DNA of 64,000 bases from Euprymna scolopes (taxonomy: Eukaryota), in assembly GCA_053919585.1 (NCBI GenBank), contig CM132792.1; one strand, written 5' to 3'. The stretch's first letter is position 1, and each line of letters begins with the position of its first letter. A program made the position numbers and the translations under genes. This document shows, piece by piece, positions 49,760-63,567 of the stretch. The notes under the pieces were generated by a model. The model worked only from the letters and a program-made list of their open reading frames with translations. It was not told where the DNA came from and ran no database searches.

Positions 49760-50745
49760 CAACGGTTTCCCAAATTATATTGTTGATCAACACATAAACT
49801 CCATGCTCTTAAAGGTTAACAATACTCCCACTAACAGTAACAGCCCCCAACACCATAACACTAATACAATCAACCTATTCTATTGCAATCAAATGTATCC
49901 GGACTTTAAGCTAGAAGAAATCACTATAAAAAAACATCAACTATAGACACATCTCCCCTGTAGACAACAATAACATTAGATTCATCATTTACTAAAAACA
50001 TTTTAAAAGCTAAGACTTAGTTAATATAAACAGTGCCCCCCCCCTTCCCTTAAACCGCTAGAATAGGCAAAAGTCATCCCTTTAGAAGAATGTAACTCCT
50101 ATAACAACAATGCAACTAATAGTTACGTTGGACATACGACCATAACATTATTACGTCGCCTCACCTGTTATAATGTCGAATTTAGTGCCATCCTCCAACA
50201 TTTACATAAAAACACATCACTGCCCCCCTCAAATTTCAGAGAAATTCTAGTTAACAACAACAAAATACTACACCACGAAACGAACGTAAAAAAATTGAAG
50301 TTATTTATATCAAAACGCAAAAACCTAACCTTAATCAGGTCACATTTCAGAATAGTACAAATACGTTCAAATGCCTTGCACAGCACTTCTCTCCTCCCTC
50401 ACCACCCACTTGTTCCTACCACTCACCCTAAAACAGGAACGCTCTCCTCACTTTTCCCCTATCACATCAACGTCCCCACCGCTATCAGCAGTCACAATGA
50501 ACTTCACTCACACCTCAACTTCTATTTAAATAAATCTTTCCAAAATTCCTTACCGAGATTAACACACATTCTTGATGATCTGAAGACGAATTCACGAAAA
50601 GTGCAAACCGCGGACATTTCGAGAAGAAAAAATGCTTGGACCATACATCCATACGTTCGATGTATATACAAAAAAGATAATACGAAAATTGAAAGAATAA
50701 AATAGGTATTACTAAACAGAAGCCTTTTGTTATTTTTAACAATGG
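49760..50745 (+). mobile_element. Penelope-like element, GIY-YIG endonuclease region and 3' end
   Basis: YVGHTTITLLRRLTC...SAILQHL remnant near 50124-50205; bounded by (TA)n on both sides. Confidence 0.75.
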
Positions 50746-50822
<77 letters not shown>

Positions 50823-51099
50823 TCCTCACGCGAAAGAGCAGGACACAATGTTTTAAATAATAATAATAATAATAATAATAGAATAACAATAATAAAGACT
50901 TTCGCTGGCGAGGACTACTATTAACCGTAACCAGGTATACATTCCTTTTGAAATTTTCATATCTATTTTTGTTAATGAAACCTATATGAAATATGTTCCT
51001 TATTAAATTTTAAAGATTTTCTATTCTGAGAGAAGTTTTAAAAAATTTAATCTAAAAAAGTTATTTTAAAGTTTTTGTTAAAAAATTCAGATTTTCCCA

Positions 51100-51345
51100 T
51101 TATTCAGACCTGTATTACAAAGAGTGGGTTGCAAAAAATGAGTTGTGGTGTGAGGAGAAATACAAACTGAAACAGAGATAATATTTAGACCTGTAATAAT
51201 ACAAATAGAGGGTTGCAAAAATGTGTTGTGGTGTGAGGAGAAATATAAACTGAAACAGAAAGAATATTCAGACATGTAATAATACAAAGAGGGGGTTGCA
51301 AAAATGAGTTGTGGTGTGAGACGGAATACAAACTGAAATAGAGAG
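51100..51345. repeat. Minisatellite, ~72-80-bp unit, 3 copies
   Basis: TATT(C/T)AGAC(C/A)TGTA...GGTTGCAAAAATG.GTTGTGGTGTGAG...AAACTGAAA repeated. Confidence 0.85.
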
Positions 51346-51403
51346 AAGGATAAAAAAGATAAGATACAATTAAATTAAGATTAAAAAGATAAGATACAAG
51401 TTA

Positions 51404-51891
51404 GAAAAGCATTTCATCCAAGGCATGAAAATTGTTAAACAAAATGCTTTTACTATAGGCTTTAAAAATAAATGTACAAGCTTCAATTTGAAATTTATTT
51501 ATCTTCAAAGTGAACCTTTATAAATTTTACGAAGTAAGGAATAAAAATTTAATTTAAATTGAATTAAAAAATTACCTTGGATTTATTTCATGTAATGTAC
51601 ATTTTATTCCAATTTAAAAACAGTATCTTTCATCTAGCAATTAATGATATAGATATAAAATTTTCAATGATATTTTTTAAAGTGCAACAGAATGTACATT
51701 ACATAAAATAAAGCCAAGGTAATTTTTTTTATTCAATTTAAGTTAAATTTTTGTACCTTACTTTGTAAAATTTATAAAAGTGCACTTTGAAGGTAAATAA
51801 ATTTCAAATTGAATCTTGTACCTTTATTTTTAAAGCCGATAGTAAAAACATTTTGCTTAACAATTTTCATGCCTTGGATAAAATGCTTTTC
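51404..51891. mobile_element. AT-rich foldback MITE with ~200-bp arms
   Basis: GAAAAGCATTTCATCCAAGGCATG... (51404-51605) is inverted versus 51691-51891. Confidence 0.8.
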
Positions 51892-52492
51892 CACTGGCTT
51901 AAGCCGGATAAAAATAATAATTTAAAATTAAAAATAATAATTTAAACTAAACAGTGATAGGGGAAAAACTAACCAGGGTCGTATTATAATTCATAACAAT
52001 TAAGTAAAATATAAATAAATTATGGAAACCTAATTTAAATCCTAAACGAAGATACATTATGTTAAGTGGGAAAAAATCTAAAGATATAAGACAGTAAAAC
52101 CGTATATTAAACAGAGACATCAGGTTCAAGTAACATAATAGAATTGCATTAGTAAGTATCATAAACATATAGGACACTAATAACCATAATTTATTAATGA
52201 TAAATGATTCCATATATATACATATATATATAGCACTAACAAGACAGCAGCTGCGCCTGAAAATACCATTAAAACAATTAAAACAAATAGAATATTAGAA
52301 GAAAATTGAAATAGAAAATCTTTAAATAAAATAGAAATTTCAAGAAAACCAAATGTAAGGATTTCGCGACATTTTTTTTTTTTTTTTTTTTTGATACGCA
52401 TTAAGAACAGAAAAATATACGGATTATCAAATATGTTTTGCGTGATTAATGTCTTTTCACAAAACGAAGTGCACTTAACTATTTTAGTCCGT

Positions 52493-52541
<49 letters not shown>

Positions 52542-52853
52542 CAACGACATTTGTGAAACTATAAACGACAAGCGAAAACATCGAGGTTTTAAGTAATTTG
52601 TTAGAACAATCACTGTTTGACGACATTCTTTCCTTTCTGTTGATTAGCAATGTGAACCAAACATCCGTCTTCTAGGTAAAGAACCAAATTACACCAAAAC
52701 GGTCTAATCGCACCAAAGTTCTTCCTTTTCTTGCGTTTGTTTTGGAACCAAGATGAGCAGTAAACAATTTCAAGTCAAGGAACAGCATTAAAATACAATA
52801 CTTTATCAAATTAAAGACAGTTTTTACACTATATTTTGTTTCTTTGTTTGTTG

Positions 52854-52921
<68 letters not shown>

Positions 52922-53145
52922 ATTCGACAGTTAAATATTTGGATACGACATAATTATGTCGGCACATGGGTTATCGTAAGATCACCAAAGCTAAGTCACG
53001 TTTGTGCATGACCAATAATAGATGAACGATTATTTTGGAAAAAAAATATTCTTTTTACTCGATGATATCTGCAAGCTATAATCAAATTCATCCGTAATAA
53101 TCATTAGTGGTTGACACCTATGATAAATCGTTCAGTTAAAAAATG

Positions 53146-53520
53146 TACGAAGGTCGTTCCAAAAGCAGGGCCTCCTATTTTTTTTACTCTAAACCTAAAA
53201 CGATGAGTACGGGAGTAGTACCATTAAACCGAGCAGCTTTTCGTGTTCCAGAATTTATTGTTCTACATAGTCGCCATCATTGTAATTTTGCAAGCCTCTT
53301 TTGATGCCTTAGTTGTTAATATTTGGAGCGCGCTTTGTCACTCATATCTCTGTCGCCACTCCGAAATCTATGAACTCATATCCTAACAGTGCTGATATAA
53401 AATTCATCGGCTTCGTAAATGTTCAACAGGCGCCGATCAATATGGACTGTTGCTTTATATTTTCTTCATGGAGGAATTCAAGTACGCATTTCTGCTTTTG
53501 ACGCACATCCATGATAGGGG
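53146..53520 (-). mobile_element. Mariner-like deletion derivative
   Basis: TA|CGAAGGTCGTTCCAAAAG mariner-type terminus; interior heavily decayed. Confidence 0.45.
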
Positions 53521-54985
53521 TTGCTTTCTTAGAGTCTCACGCTGTCAATAATTCAGGACATGAATGCATAAGTTTAGTCATCATAACAATGCAATCGAAC
53601 GTCACTCGTACTATTTCATTCTATTTATCATGTATATAAAAAAAATCACTGGAAATGTCAACATTAATTAAACTCCATTGTCTACGCAACAATGTTTTAT
53701 ATTATTTAACAGTAAAATAATTTAGATGTCAAATCATTGTTATTTTATCTCCCCTGGCCGGAATAGACACGAAGCTGAAGATTGTATATCAGCTTAATAT
53801 AGAGACTTTTTCTCCCGATATAATACAGATTCATATTCAATAGAGTTACCTCTCTAGCTATTACCAAATTTATTTATTTCATTGTGTATTTGTAAGGATA
53901 ATCAGTTATTGTTACAACTTTTAGCTCTAATTACGGTTTAAACATTTCATCTGAGAAAATAGGAGATAATAGTTTTCTAGTGGTTAACGACACACACTGA
54001 TGACATGGGTCTCCTTAGTTCGTATCCAGTTCGATCCACAAGTAACTTCTACTCAGGATCTTAGCAACCTTCACATAGCCCTTCGTAAATCTCGGATGTA
54101 TTTCTAAAACAAATATATAAACTAGAAAATATCAGGAAAACCAATGCCAACAATAGAATCTTCGGATTCATACAATATGAACATGCTGATGATGATGGTC
54201 TGGAGAAATTTCGGATTATACGAACATTCCCAAATGAAACTTTCCTGAACAGATTTATATTGTTGATTACTAGACAAGAAACTTATGAGTCACTACTTAA
54301 CAAGGCCCAACGGCCGCTTTAGGATAAGTGTTAATGCGATTGTCAGTTGCATTGATGAACATTAATATAAGAGGATTGAATATATTGGGTGTAAAGTGCA
54401 TAATTTGTTTTATTTTTCAAGAAGGTGACTCGACAAGTGTTTTTTGACATTGAATTTGACGAGGACTATAATGAAATCAGCGTGGAAACAGCTTCGTGGT
54501 ATTGTGCTCTATACGTGGGAAGATGATGGAATGAAATTCTATTCATATAAGTTGTTTTTAGTTTTAAGAATTCCGAGGAAGAAAGGTCTGTTCTAGCTAG
54601 ATATGTTAGACATTGGCAGGCAACGCCTGGAAGAAAATCATTTAACGGCTGCACACACGAAAAATTCAGTATTTCCAATATTGCGTAACAAATTGCGTAA
54701 TTCGACCGAGAAATATTTTAGCGGATATCGGTCAAACGGTTGAGACAATAGACAAAAGAAATTGTTAATATGTTTTTGCTAATAATGAAGGGGATGACTC
54801 CCAGAATTTGGACGCGATTATTTATAACTATGTGTTAGGACAACCAACTAGTGAGAAGCCTCCGACCTCATTATAAAAATATCGAATTTTGTATTCCAGT
54901 CAGCTTGCTGTCAATTTTCGTCCGACTGAACCACTGCTGATCGGGACTACATTGATTGTTTGCCGACTAGATCTACTGCCGTCAT

Positions 54986-55320
54986 CTTTGTTGTACAGAA
55001 TCACTCAACACTCGAGATCGTAACTGTATTGATTCTTCGCTGACTGGATTTACTACCGCCATCTTTGTTCTACGGAATGGTTCAATACTTAACAGGTTAT
55101 GGGCCCAGTATTTTTCCACTGCGCTTTTAAACTAGTAACAGTAATCTACTGCATAGTCTTGTAATTTTTAAAAAAAATAAGGAAGTCTGAGAAGTGTGCT
55201 GAGCCCATAACCTGTTAAAATTCGAGCCATTCTGTAGAACAAAGATGGGGGCAGTAAATCCAGTCGGCGAAGAATCAATATAGTTACGATCTCGAGTGTT
55301 GAGTGATTCTGTACAACAAA
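54986..55320. repeat. Inverted duplication, ~120-bp arms
   Basis: 54986-55108 is the reverse complement of 55199-55320. Confidence 0.85.
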
Positions 55321-55329
55321 CATGAATCG

Positions 55330-58300
55330 TAGAGTTATTTGCTAATAATATACTACTCTGGTTGTCACAATGAATTGCTATTGGATTTTTTTTTTACTAA
55401 GATCTGGTTTTAAAATAGATTTTAGGAGGATGTTTAGAAAAATTGCTTCTTGCGCTGGGTGGAAAAGTGCAATAGACTCTACTTAAATTGTTGTTTTTTA
55501 AAGATCCAGTCTTTGACAGTCTAAAACAGTATCCTGTTGTACTTTTTCGATCCTCAGTTTCCTCAATCTGAATCTGAAAATGCCTCTAATTTTAGGGGAT
55601 ATATGGATTTTTAAATACTAAAAATTTTTCCTTGGTTCCTTTTATATAATGATAGGCTTGTTTTGCAATTGTTGGTTTTGATAAGTTCTGAGATAACTTT
55701 GTAACAATGTAACATACACTAGACCTAGTGGCGGTTATCAAATACGTAAGACTTCCACGAATCTTTCTGTATTATTACTTTATCTTACGTCTTACGTTAC
55801 TTTACGTCTATTACTTTATTGTAGGTCTCTGTATTTTTATTTATATCAATTTCAACGGGAGTTATTCGTAGTTTGTAATCTTGCATACCAAACTTTAGCA
55901 GGATTTTGTCAATATACCCTGATTGGTTACTTGTTATCCTTTCATTTTCACAAGTAAACTGTACACCAAGGAATTATAATAATTGGTGAAAATCGTCTAT
56001 TTTAATTTTTTCATTTAATCTATTCTTAACAGAATATATCGTCAACACAAAAATCCAAAATCAATAATTTATTACCGATATTTTTTGTATCCATGGTCGA
56101 GTTTACGGGACATTGCCTGAATTTTTGTTCTATTAAATAATTATGGAGTGTTAGATTCTAATTGTGATCGCTTTCTTTGCGACTATAAACCGACTTACTC
56201 AGTTTCCACACGAAATTTTTATTTTTAAATCTCTGGGTGGTGGAATATAAATATCACAGTCAATCGAAGCATTCAAATAAGCATTTTTTTACATCTATAG
56301 TAGTTTTAAATTGTATAGAGCGCCAAGTTGCAATAAAATTCTAATTGTCGTTGGTGAGAATGTGGCAAAATATTCGACCCCAGAAATTTGGGAAAACCCT
56401 TTTGCAGCAAATCTTGCTTTACTTACTTGCCAAAAGCCGTGATTTTTTTTTTAAACTCCCAGCGAGAAATTATATTCTTATCCTGTGGTTTTGATACAAT
56501 TTCATATGTATTATTTTTAGATAAAGCGTCCAATTCGCATTCCATAGCTGTTTCCATTCTTGGCGAGTTTCGGAATTAATCGCTTCATTATATCATTCAA
56601 CGAGTAACAGAAATCTACTGCGTAGTCTTATAATTTTTCAATTTTGAGAAAGTTTTTTTCGATCTTTGATCGGGTATCGGCGTGTTCGGTTAATATTGAC
56701 GTCAGTAGTTTTACTGCAATTGTCGGTATCTCTTCTCTTCTTCTCTTCTCTTCTATCTTGTTTCTATTCTATCTTCTATCTATATAAATAAAATGAACTC
56801 ATTTTTCCCCTGCGAATTTGACCTTAATAGGATTGAAAATCAAGACATTTCATGCAAATGAAATGTGCACGTACTGCAGCACATTACCTTTTGGTGTGTT
56901 ATAGGCCTATCACCTATCCACTTATTCGATAAACTTAGATCCCTATATATTTTCTGCTGAGAGTCCACGGCCAATCAATGGAAGTGGTAAAATCTTTTGC
57001 CTCTATTACATGCATACTCCTTCCTCGCCCACCTATCACCGGTGGGGATACGTCCACAAGGGACACTACGAGGAAGCACCGGTTTAAAAAAACGGATTGG
57101 CATTTTCCGTCGGTTGAAACGCAACTGTATTTATGCCACGTTCCTTTCTTTTTCGACATAGCCTCATCAATTAACACTCTCCAGCCAACATTCAGGTGAA
57201 TACAGTTCAGTTCTCTTACATAAATCCGTTCTCCGCCGCATTCTACACTTTACACAGAAACAACAATTATTAAATACACAAAAACACGAAACGAACTAAT
57301 ATTGGATTCCAGATTTTACATCTAACTCTATCCGTCTGCAAATATTAATTACGTATCCAATTATATTTATGTCACGTTCATTCCTTTATCGACCTAGCCT
57401 CATCGATTAACAATTCCCAGACAACATTCAGGTAAATATGCAGCCGAGTTCCAAGTATATGGACTTCTTCCCTTTCTTTGCTTTTTTCTTCCCCCCGATT
57501 TACCGTGATTTCCATTAAGCTTGGATCATGCAACACCGGCAATCATCGGTGTAAGCCGCAACCGTTCTTCAATTTTTCAACTGATTACTCGCCTATTAAT
57601 TCCTTTTATTATGTTTTTCTTATGTTATGTTTACTGTACTCTTTAAGGTGATATTACGGGGGAGAGGTGATTTCTTCTTTTCCAATTAGTTACTTATTCA
57701 TTATTTATTTTTACACATTGAATTTCTCAAAGTTTTAGCCCAATTAAATGTAAATTGATGCAGACGACATTGGATTTGGAAGAAAGCCACTATGACAGCG
57801 ATGCATATACACATGTTTAATTAACAGCAACAAATAAAAACATCAGTGTACGTCCACGAAACATTTATATTGTTAAAAAATCTATTATTGCAGACAAAAA
57901 AAAATACTTTATGTGGATAAATCTTTTGCATAAACAAAACAAAAGACAAATAAATAAATAAATACATTAAATACTAGCAAAAATAAACATATTTTCATTT
58001 CAGACGCTATCTTTCTTTCTGTTTGTCTTTATTCTTCTTTTTTTCTTCTTTTTTCCTTTTTACCTTCTTTTTCTTTTCTTCTTTTGTTTCTTCTTTTTTC
58101 TTCTTCTTTTTCTTCTTTTTTCCTTCTTTTTTATCTTTTTCTTCTTTTTCTTTTTTTTCTTATTCCTTTTCTTTTTTGGCCAATTGCATTTTTTAAACTT
58201 CCCCCCACCCCGAAAACAAACACCTGAGCAGCATTTTTATTATTCTTTTGTTTTGATTTACCCAAAACCACACACACCTCGAAATACCCGGGCAACGCCG

Positions 58301-59830
58301 GGTACCCCCGCTAGTTATTAATATTTTCGTTGCGATCAACGAAAATGTTAGGTTTTCGTCCATTGGTTCGTCATTTTGTAAATTAAATGTGTCGTTGAAT
58401 TTTATACATCTAACATTTTTATGCCATTTTGGTCGGAAAATAAATTGAATAAGCCGGGCTGCTTTTATCGTAGTCTATGGAAATATTTTTTTCGCTTTTA
58501 ATATTTAGATGACAGGTATTTTCTATGAATGCAAAGCAATTTGAACCGAATATATGCCTTCGCTTCGATTTGAGTTTTACCCCGCAAAACGCTTTATACG
58601 GGATTTTGCCTAATGTTTTATTGAACGATCTATTTCTGATATCCGCCGGCGCCATTAAAGTGTATGTCCATAAACTTTGGGCTAATTTAGATTCAATACG
58701 AAAAAAAAAAGAAGACTTCGCCATGCTCTTTCAATGGAGCTATTTTGAAATGGAGACTAAGGCGCTGACTTCTCGTCTTTACTACGAAGGTTAATTAACA
58801 GAAGTTCAAAGTCTTTACTAGTAAATTCAGTTCTATTGTCTGAACGAATACATTTTACCGAGCCGTACGGGGCAATGTAAGCTAAATATTTGTTAGTGGT
58901 TAGGATAGTGTAAGATTTTTTTTAAAGAAATAAACCATAATTAAACTTGAATAATCGTCAGCAAAATTTAATGCATACCTGAAGTTCTCTCTTCCCATCG
59001 GACTTATCGGACCTGCTATGCCACAGTACATAAGTAAGAAAATTATTGTGTCCTTTTGTCTGGTGTTTTGCTTATGTATTTTGCCATTTTCCCCTGAGTA
59101 CAAACATCACATTTGGGAGATCGTCTGAAGGTATTATTTTCATGCCATCGACTACATTTGATAACTTTTTAATATCAACATAATTGTAGTGTCTAGGAAT
59201 TTTATGCCAGGTTTCCAATTCGTGACAGGTGGCTTTTGAGGTAACCATACTTTTAAATAATATAGTTGGCCATTTTCTTTAATATCAAATACAGTTCCAT
59301 TTGGGTATATCAATTTTGACTTCTCTGGCCAAACTTTATATTCGCACCTTGTTTTATGGCTGTCTGTGCGGAAAATATATCTTGCTTAAATGTAGGTATT
59401 AAAAGAGCATTTTTAAGAATACAGTTTCGCCTTTATTATTTTTAGTTATATTTTAGTATCTCTTCAAGACTTAATCATTTATTTGACTACAGTCGGCCAG
59501 TTCGACAAAATGACTGTGGATTAAAGTTCTTATCAAAATGAATAAAATAAGATTATTTGGTGATAACGTGTGCTGTAGTGCCACAGTCTGCAAGAAGATT
59601 TTTTACCGAAATGTATGATTTTTATGAATGTTCTCAACATTTTTAAGAGTCCACGTTTGAGTTTTTATATCGACATTGGAAACTTGTGATTGGGTCGTCC
59701 ACAATTATAGCAGAGGATTTTATTCTTTTTCATGGGAAAATTATTTTGAGGAAAGCATGATATTGTTAGATTTATTGTCTACGAGCATCCGGTTCGTGCA
59801 ACCCTCCATATTCATCAAAAACACTTTAAC
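55330..59830 (-). mobile_element. Decayed Ty1/Copia retrotransposon (PR-IN-RT order), interrupted by a Helitron
   Basis: Protease LLADCGTTAHVI (~59560-59600); integrase FADDYSS and IRSDNRTEF (~58820-58970); RT GSLTYL.TATRS..CYIVTKLSQ (~55690-55770). A separate RNase H-end fragment MADIFTKP lies at ~60835-60900. Confidence 0.85.
56779..58314 (+). mobile_element. Non-autonomous Helitron nested in the Copia element
   Basis: A|TCTATATAAATAAAATG 5' end; 3' hairpin TACCCGGGCAACGCCGGGTA plus CTAG|T (58311-58314). Confidence 0.85.
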
Positions 59831-61193
59831 ACACTCCACCACTTTGTTATAATAAAAGAGTTTTTTTGGACTCAATTAGGTTAATATAGTGTAAAAATAA
59901 AAAATATATTAATATTCCCCCTTCTTTTGTTTTATTTATTTTTGTGATTTATCTTTATTTTCATTGCTCAGATAAAAATATATAAATATATTGGGATAAT
60001 ATGTGTGCACAAAGAAGCCATTTTTAATCTAATTGTTTAAGATTCCTTTTGTTTTTGTTTTTTTTTTTGTTTTTTATGTTTTGTTTTGTTTTCATAAAAA
60101 CATACAAATACATACAGATATACATAAACGCACAGTTCTTTACACAAACATATACAGGACGAGTACACATTAAGAGGAAGTCATGACACTTTAAATTCAA
60201 TTGTTTAAATACATAGACATACATATACATATGCATACCTATATACATACAATGTGTGTTTTTTTTTAAAGAATATGGTTTTCTGAAGAAGGAAGTATTT
60301 TCTGTTAGATATGTTTAGTTAATTAAGTTACGAAGACAAGAAAACATGGTGGTAATTTATTGTCATACCCGGGACAATTTACAATCTATTAGTATTTATT
60401 TATTTTTACTTTTGTGTGGTTTCGAATTCTCATTTTAGGTTTCTGAAAATAGATTTATTGAAGATTAAATTCCAAATGGTCCCCCCCGTCAATCTTTCAC
60501 AGGAAACACTCGTTTAGCTGAAAACACTATCAATAATTCCCCCCTCACTCTTTATCTGTGCCTAAACCTAAACGTAGATTCAATGAACAAAGCTTCTTTC
60601 TTAGAACTGCACGCCTGTGGAATTGTCTTCCGTTTTCCTGCTCTCCAACTGACTACAATATGGTTGTCTTCAAGTCTAACGTAAACAAGTTTTTGATGAG
60701 CCGTTCCATATAAGTAAACAAATTTACCGAATTGGTTACTATATTGTCCAATTTCTACTGTATACTCTTTAACCCTTATCCTCGAGTGACCTCTTGGCCT
60801 TGATAATGTGGTGATGCCTGTGTAAAAAAAAAGTTTAAATTTTATCTCTGTTGTCGGTTTAGTAAAAATGTCGGCCATATTATTTTCAGATTCTACATAA
60901 TTTATGATAATAGATTTTTTACTAATTTCATTTCTTATAAAATGATATTTGGTATCAATATGTTCCTACCTTTGTTTTCTTTTCAACCTTCAGAAAACCT
61001 TTCTTTNNNNNNNNNNNNNNNNNNNNNNNNNNNNNNNNNNNNNNNNNNNNNNNNNNNNNNNNNNNNNNNNNNNNNNNNNNNNNNNNNNNNNNNNNNNNNN
61101 NNNNNNNNNNNNNNNNNNNNNNNNNNNNNNNNNNNNNNNNNNNNNNNNNNNNNNNNNNNNNNNNNNNNNNNNNNNAAATAGTATTCCGACAAA

Positions 61194-61343
61194 ATAGAGA
61201 AAATAAAAAGAAACAAACCGTATTATGTGTTCATCAACGTTTCGTCTTTATTTCTTTTATTTCTTCATCCAGAGGAAGTCTCGAAATAAAGACGAAACGT
61301 TGATGAACACATAATACGGTTTGTTCCTTTTTATTTTCTCTAT
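61194..61343 (+). mobile_element. PLE-type end: hammerhead (61264-61307) with an inverted copy of its own 3' part
   Basis: 61194-61254 is the reverse complement of 61283-61343; TTCATC-CAGAGGA-A-GTCT/AGAC-GAAA-CGTT-GATGAA. Confidence 0.65.
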
Positions 61344-61662
61344 GTCTATGTATATGTATGTCTATGTATATGTATGTATATGTATATGTATGTATATGTA
61401 TGTATATGTATATGTATATGTATGTATATGTATTTAAACAATTGAATTTAAAGTGTAATGGCTTCCGCTTACAATGTACACGTTCTTTACATCTGTATAA
61501 AGTACTGTGCGTGTATGTATATCCGTATGTATTTCTATATATCCTTTTAAAAAATCTTAAACAATTGGATTTTTGACACGACTGAACCACTGCTGATCGG
61601 GATTACATTGATTATTTGCCGATTTGATCTACTGCCGCTATTTTTGTTCTCAACGACTGGAT

Positions 61663-62810
61663 TTTTTTTTTTTTTTACATTTTCACCCCAAACAAGGCAC
61701 ATTGCCATTTTGGTGTAGGGGGCTACTATCAGGGACAACAACTACTGGGGCACTATGTAGGGATTTGGGCAGCAAGATGTCTGTTCACGTTGCACTTGAA
61801 CTTCTGCACGTCAGTACAGTTGGGGAAGCAGAAACATGGAATGGAATTCCAAAATCTAGTTGTTCTGGGGAAGAAACTACTGGAGTAGAAAGATCTTTTA
61901 CATCTAGGGATCTCTACTGTGTGGAGTGGGATTTTGCAGCCTGTCGGGTCTGTAGAGGGTGTTCACATCGTGAGGGCACAAGTGCTTGCAGTTCGTGAGA
62001 GCATTCACCATTAAAATACGTGTAGAAAAGGCAGCGGGATGCAACGTTTCGTCGATGGGACAGAGGCTGAAGCTTAGATGCCAGTTCAGAGCCTATCAGA
62101 TTTGCGACTCTCTTTTGAACCTTGTCAAGGAGCGAGACACTAGTAGCCGATGCACCAGCCAAAATATGACAACCATACTCCATACATGGGCGAATGATTG
62201 CCTTATAGAGGTACAGGATACTTTCGGGTGTTAGTAGTTTTCTAGCACGGTAGAGAGAGCCTACCTTCCTCGCAGCGGCCCTGGCAATGCCCTCGATATA
62301 ATTATTCCAACTCATGTTTCCTGTGAACGTTAGGCCAAGGAGCTTGAAAGACGTACTCTTAGATAAAGAGTCGTTGGCCATTGCTATATGTGATAGAGAA
62401 GGTTTCTTGTAATTATTGAATGAAACTAGTTTAGTCTTGGCGGCATTGAACGTGACCATCCATTTTTGTCCCCATTCCACTATCGATTGGAGGTCATCCT
62501 CTAGTGTCTTTGCCATTTCTTTAGATATGTGTTCATTTGTTTTCCTGTCGTGCCTGTTATAGAGTGTGGTGTCATCAACATACATACCCATCTCACAGAC
62601 AATTTTGTCAGGGAGGTCATTTATGAATATCAGGAACAGTAGAGGTCCAAGGATAGACCGCTGGAGCACTCCCGCATTTATATCATATTGTGTAGATGTA
62701 CGACCGTCGAGGACAACCTGGATTTTTCTCTTATCTTAGAAGGATTTAATTATGTTAAGTATTCTACCAGTGATACCGTATGATCTAATTTTCCTGAGGA
62801 GACCCTAATG
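61663..62810 (-). mobile_element. CR1/L2-group LINE (family B), RT C-terminus to poly(A)
   Basis: ORF 61914-62669: SILGPLLFLIFINDLP, YVDD, IRPCMEYG; poly(T) on the plus strand at 61663-61676. Confidence 0.93.
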
Positions 62811-63199
62811 GCTTAACACTTAACAGAAGTATTGGAGATTCTAATGAAAAAATGTGATTATAAATAAAATCGTCACAGACAAAAAGTCAGAGAGAGAAGG
62901 GCTGCGACATATGTCACCATTTCTTCACTACCAGCCAACCGTCTTAATACACACCAGGCGCCTTTCAGTAAAGGTCAAAACAAGAATAACAATTTGTCAC
63001 AGAAAAAACTAATTGTCGGAGTGAAAAAAAAACAATATATTATTGTAGATGTCAGTGAGTTTTTGTTCTGCTGTCAGTGTTGTGTCAGCGACAAAAGTGC
63101 ATGTTAACATTATATAGACTGGACAAAGCATTTTAAACAACCGGACACAACGATTACTTAACAGATAGATGAGTGTTTGCTGTGAATGTTTTACAAGGC

Positions 63200-63550
63200 G
63201 AAACACCTATCATGAAAATATCAATAGAGAAAGATTAGCAATGTCTGTCCATGAGACATCACCCATTTGATTGTAAAGTCGATCAAGAACTTTGCCAAGG
63301 CAAAAATGATGCTTTGAACGTCACCAACTCAGATAAGGCGGTAGTACACCATCTTACGACATGTATGGTTCTTATACAGCTAGATAATTGCGTTAGGATT
63401 CAGGTACTTTCTGTATCGATGGAACGATCTAACTATTTTTCTAGCGACGTAGCAACAGATTTGATTACAATTTCAGGTATGACTTGCAAGTCAATCATAG
63501 GAGATTCTCAAGACGGAGGCTTTTCTCAAGTAGATAACTAGTCATTTCAA
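63200..63550 (-). mobile_element. Very old CR1/L2-group LINE remnant
   Basis: Minus-strand IKSVATS...LYKNHTCRKMVY aligns weakly to IKSVAK...LYKSQVRPRMEY. Confidence 0.5.
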
Positions 63551-63567
63551 CTGACCTAGAAGGAGTA

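Noticed and set aside
50568-50610. TTGATGA..GAAA at the PLE 3' end
   Set aside because: Position is plausible, but the stems and cleavage triplet are too decayed to call; not counted.
51100-51345. CRISPR-like periodicity in minisatellites
   Set aside because: Whole units repeat without unique spacers; eukaryotic context with no cas genes.
53995-54245. Two CTGATGA words (53998, 54188)
   Set aside because: The first is inside a tRNA-SINE head; the second lacks a correctly placed GAAA and stem III.
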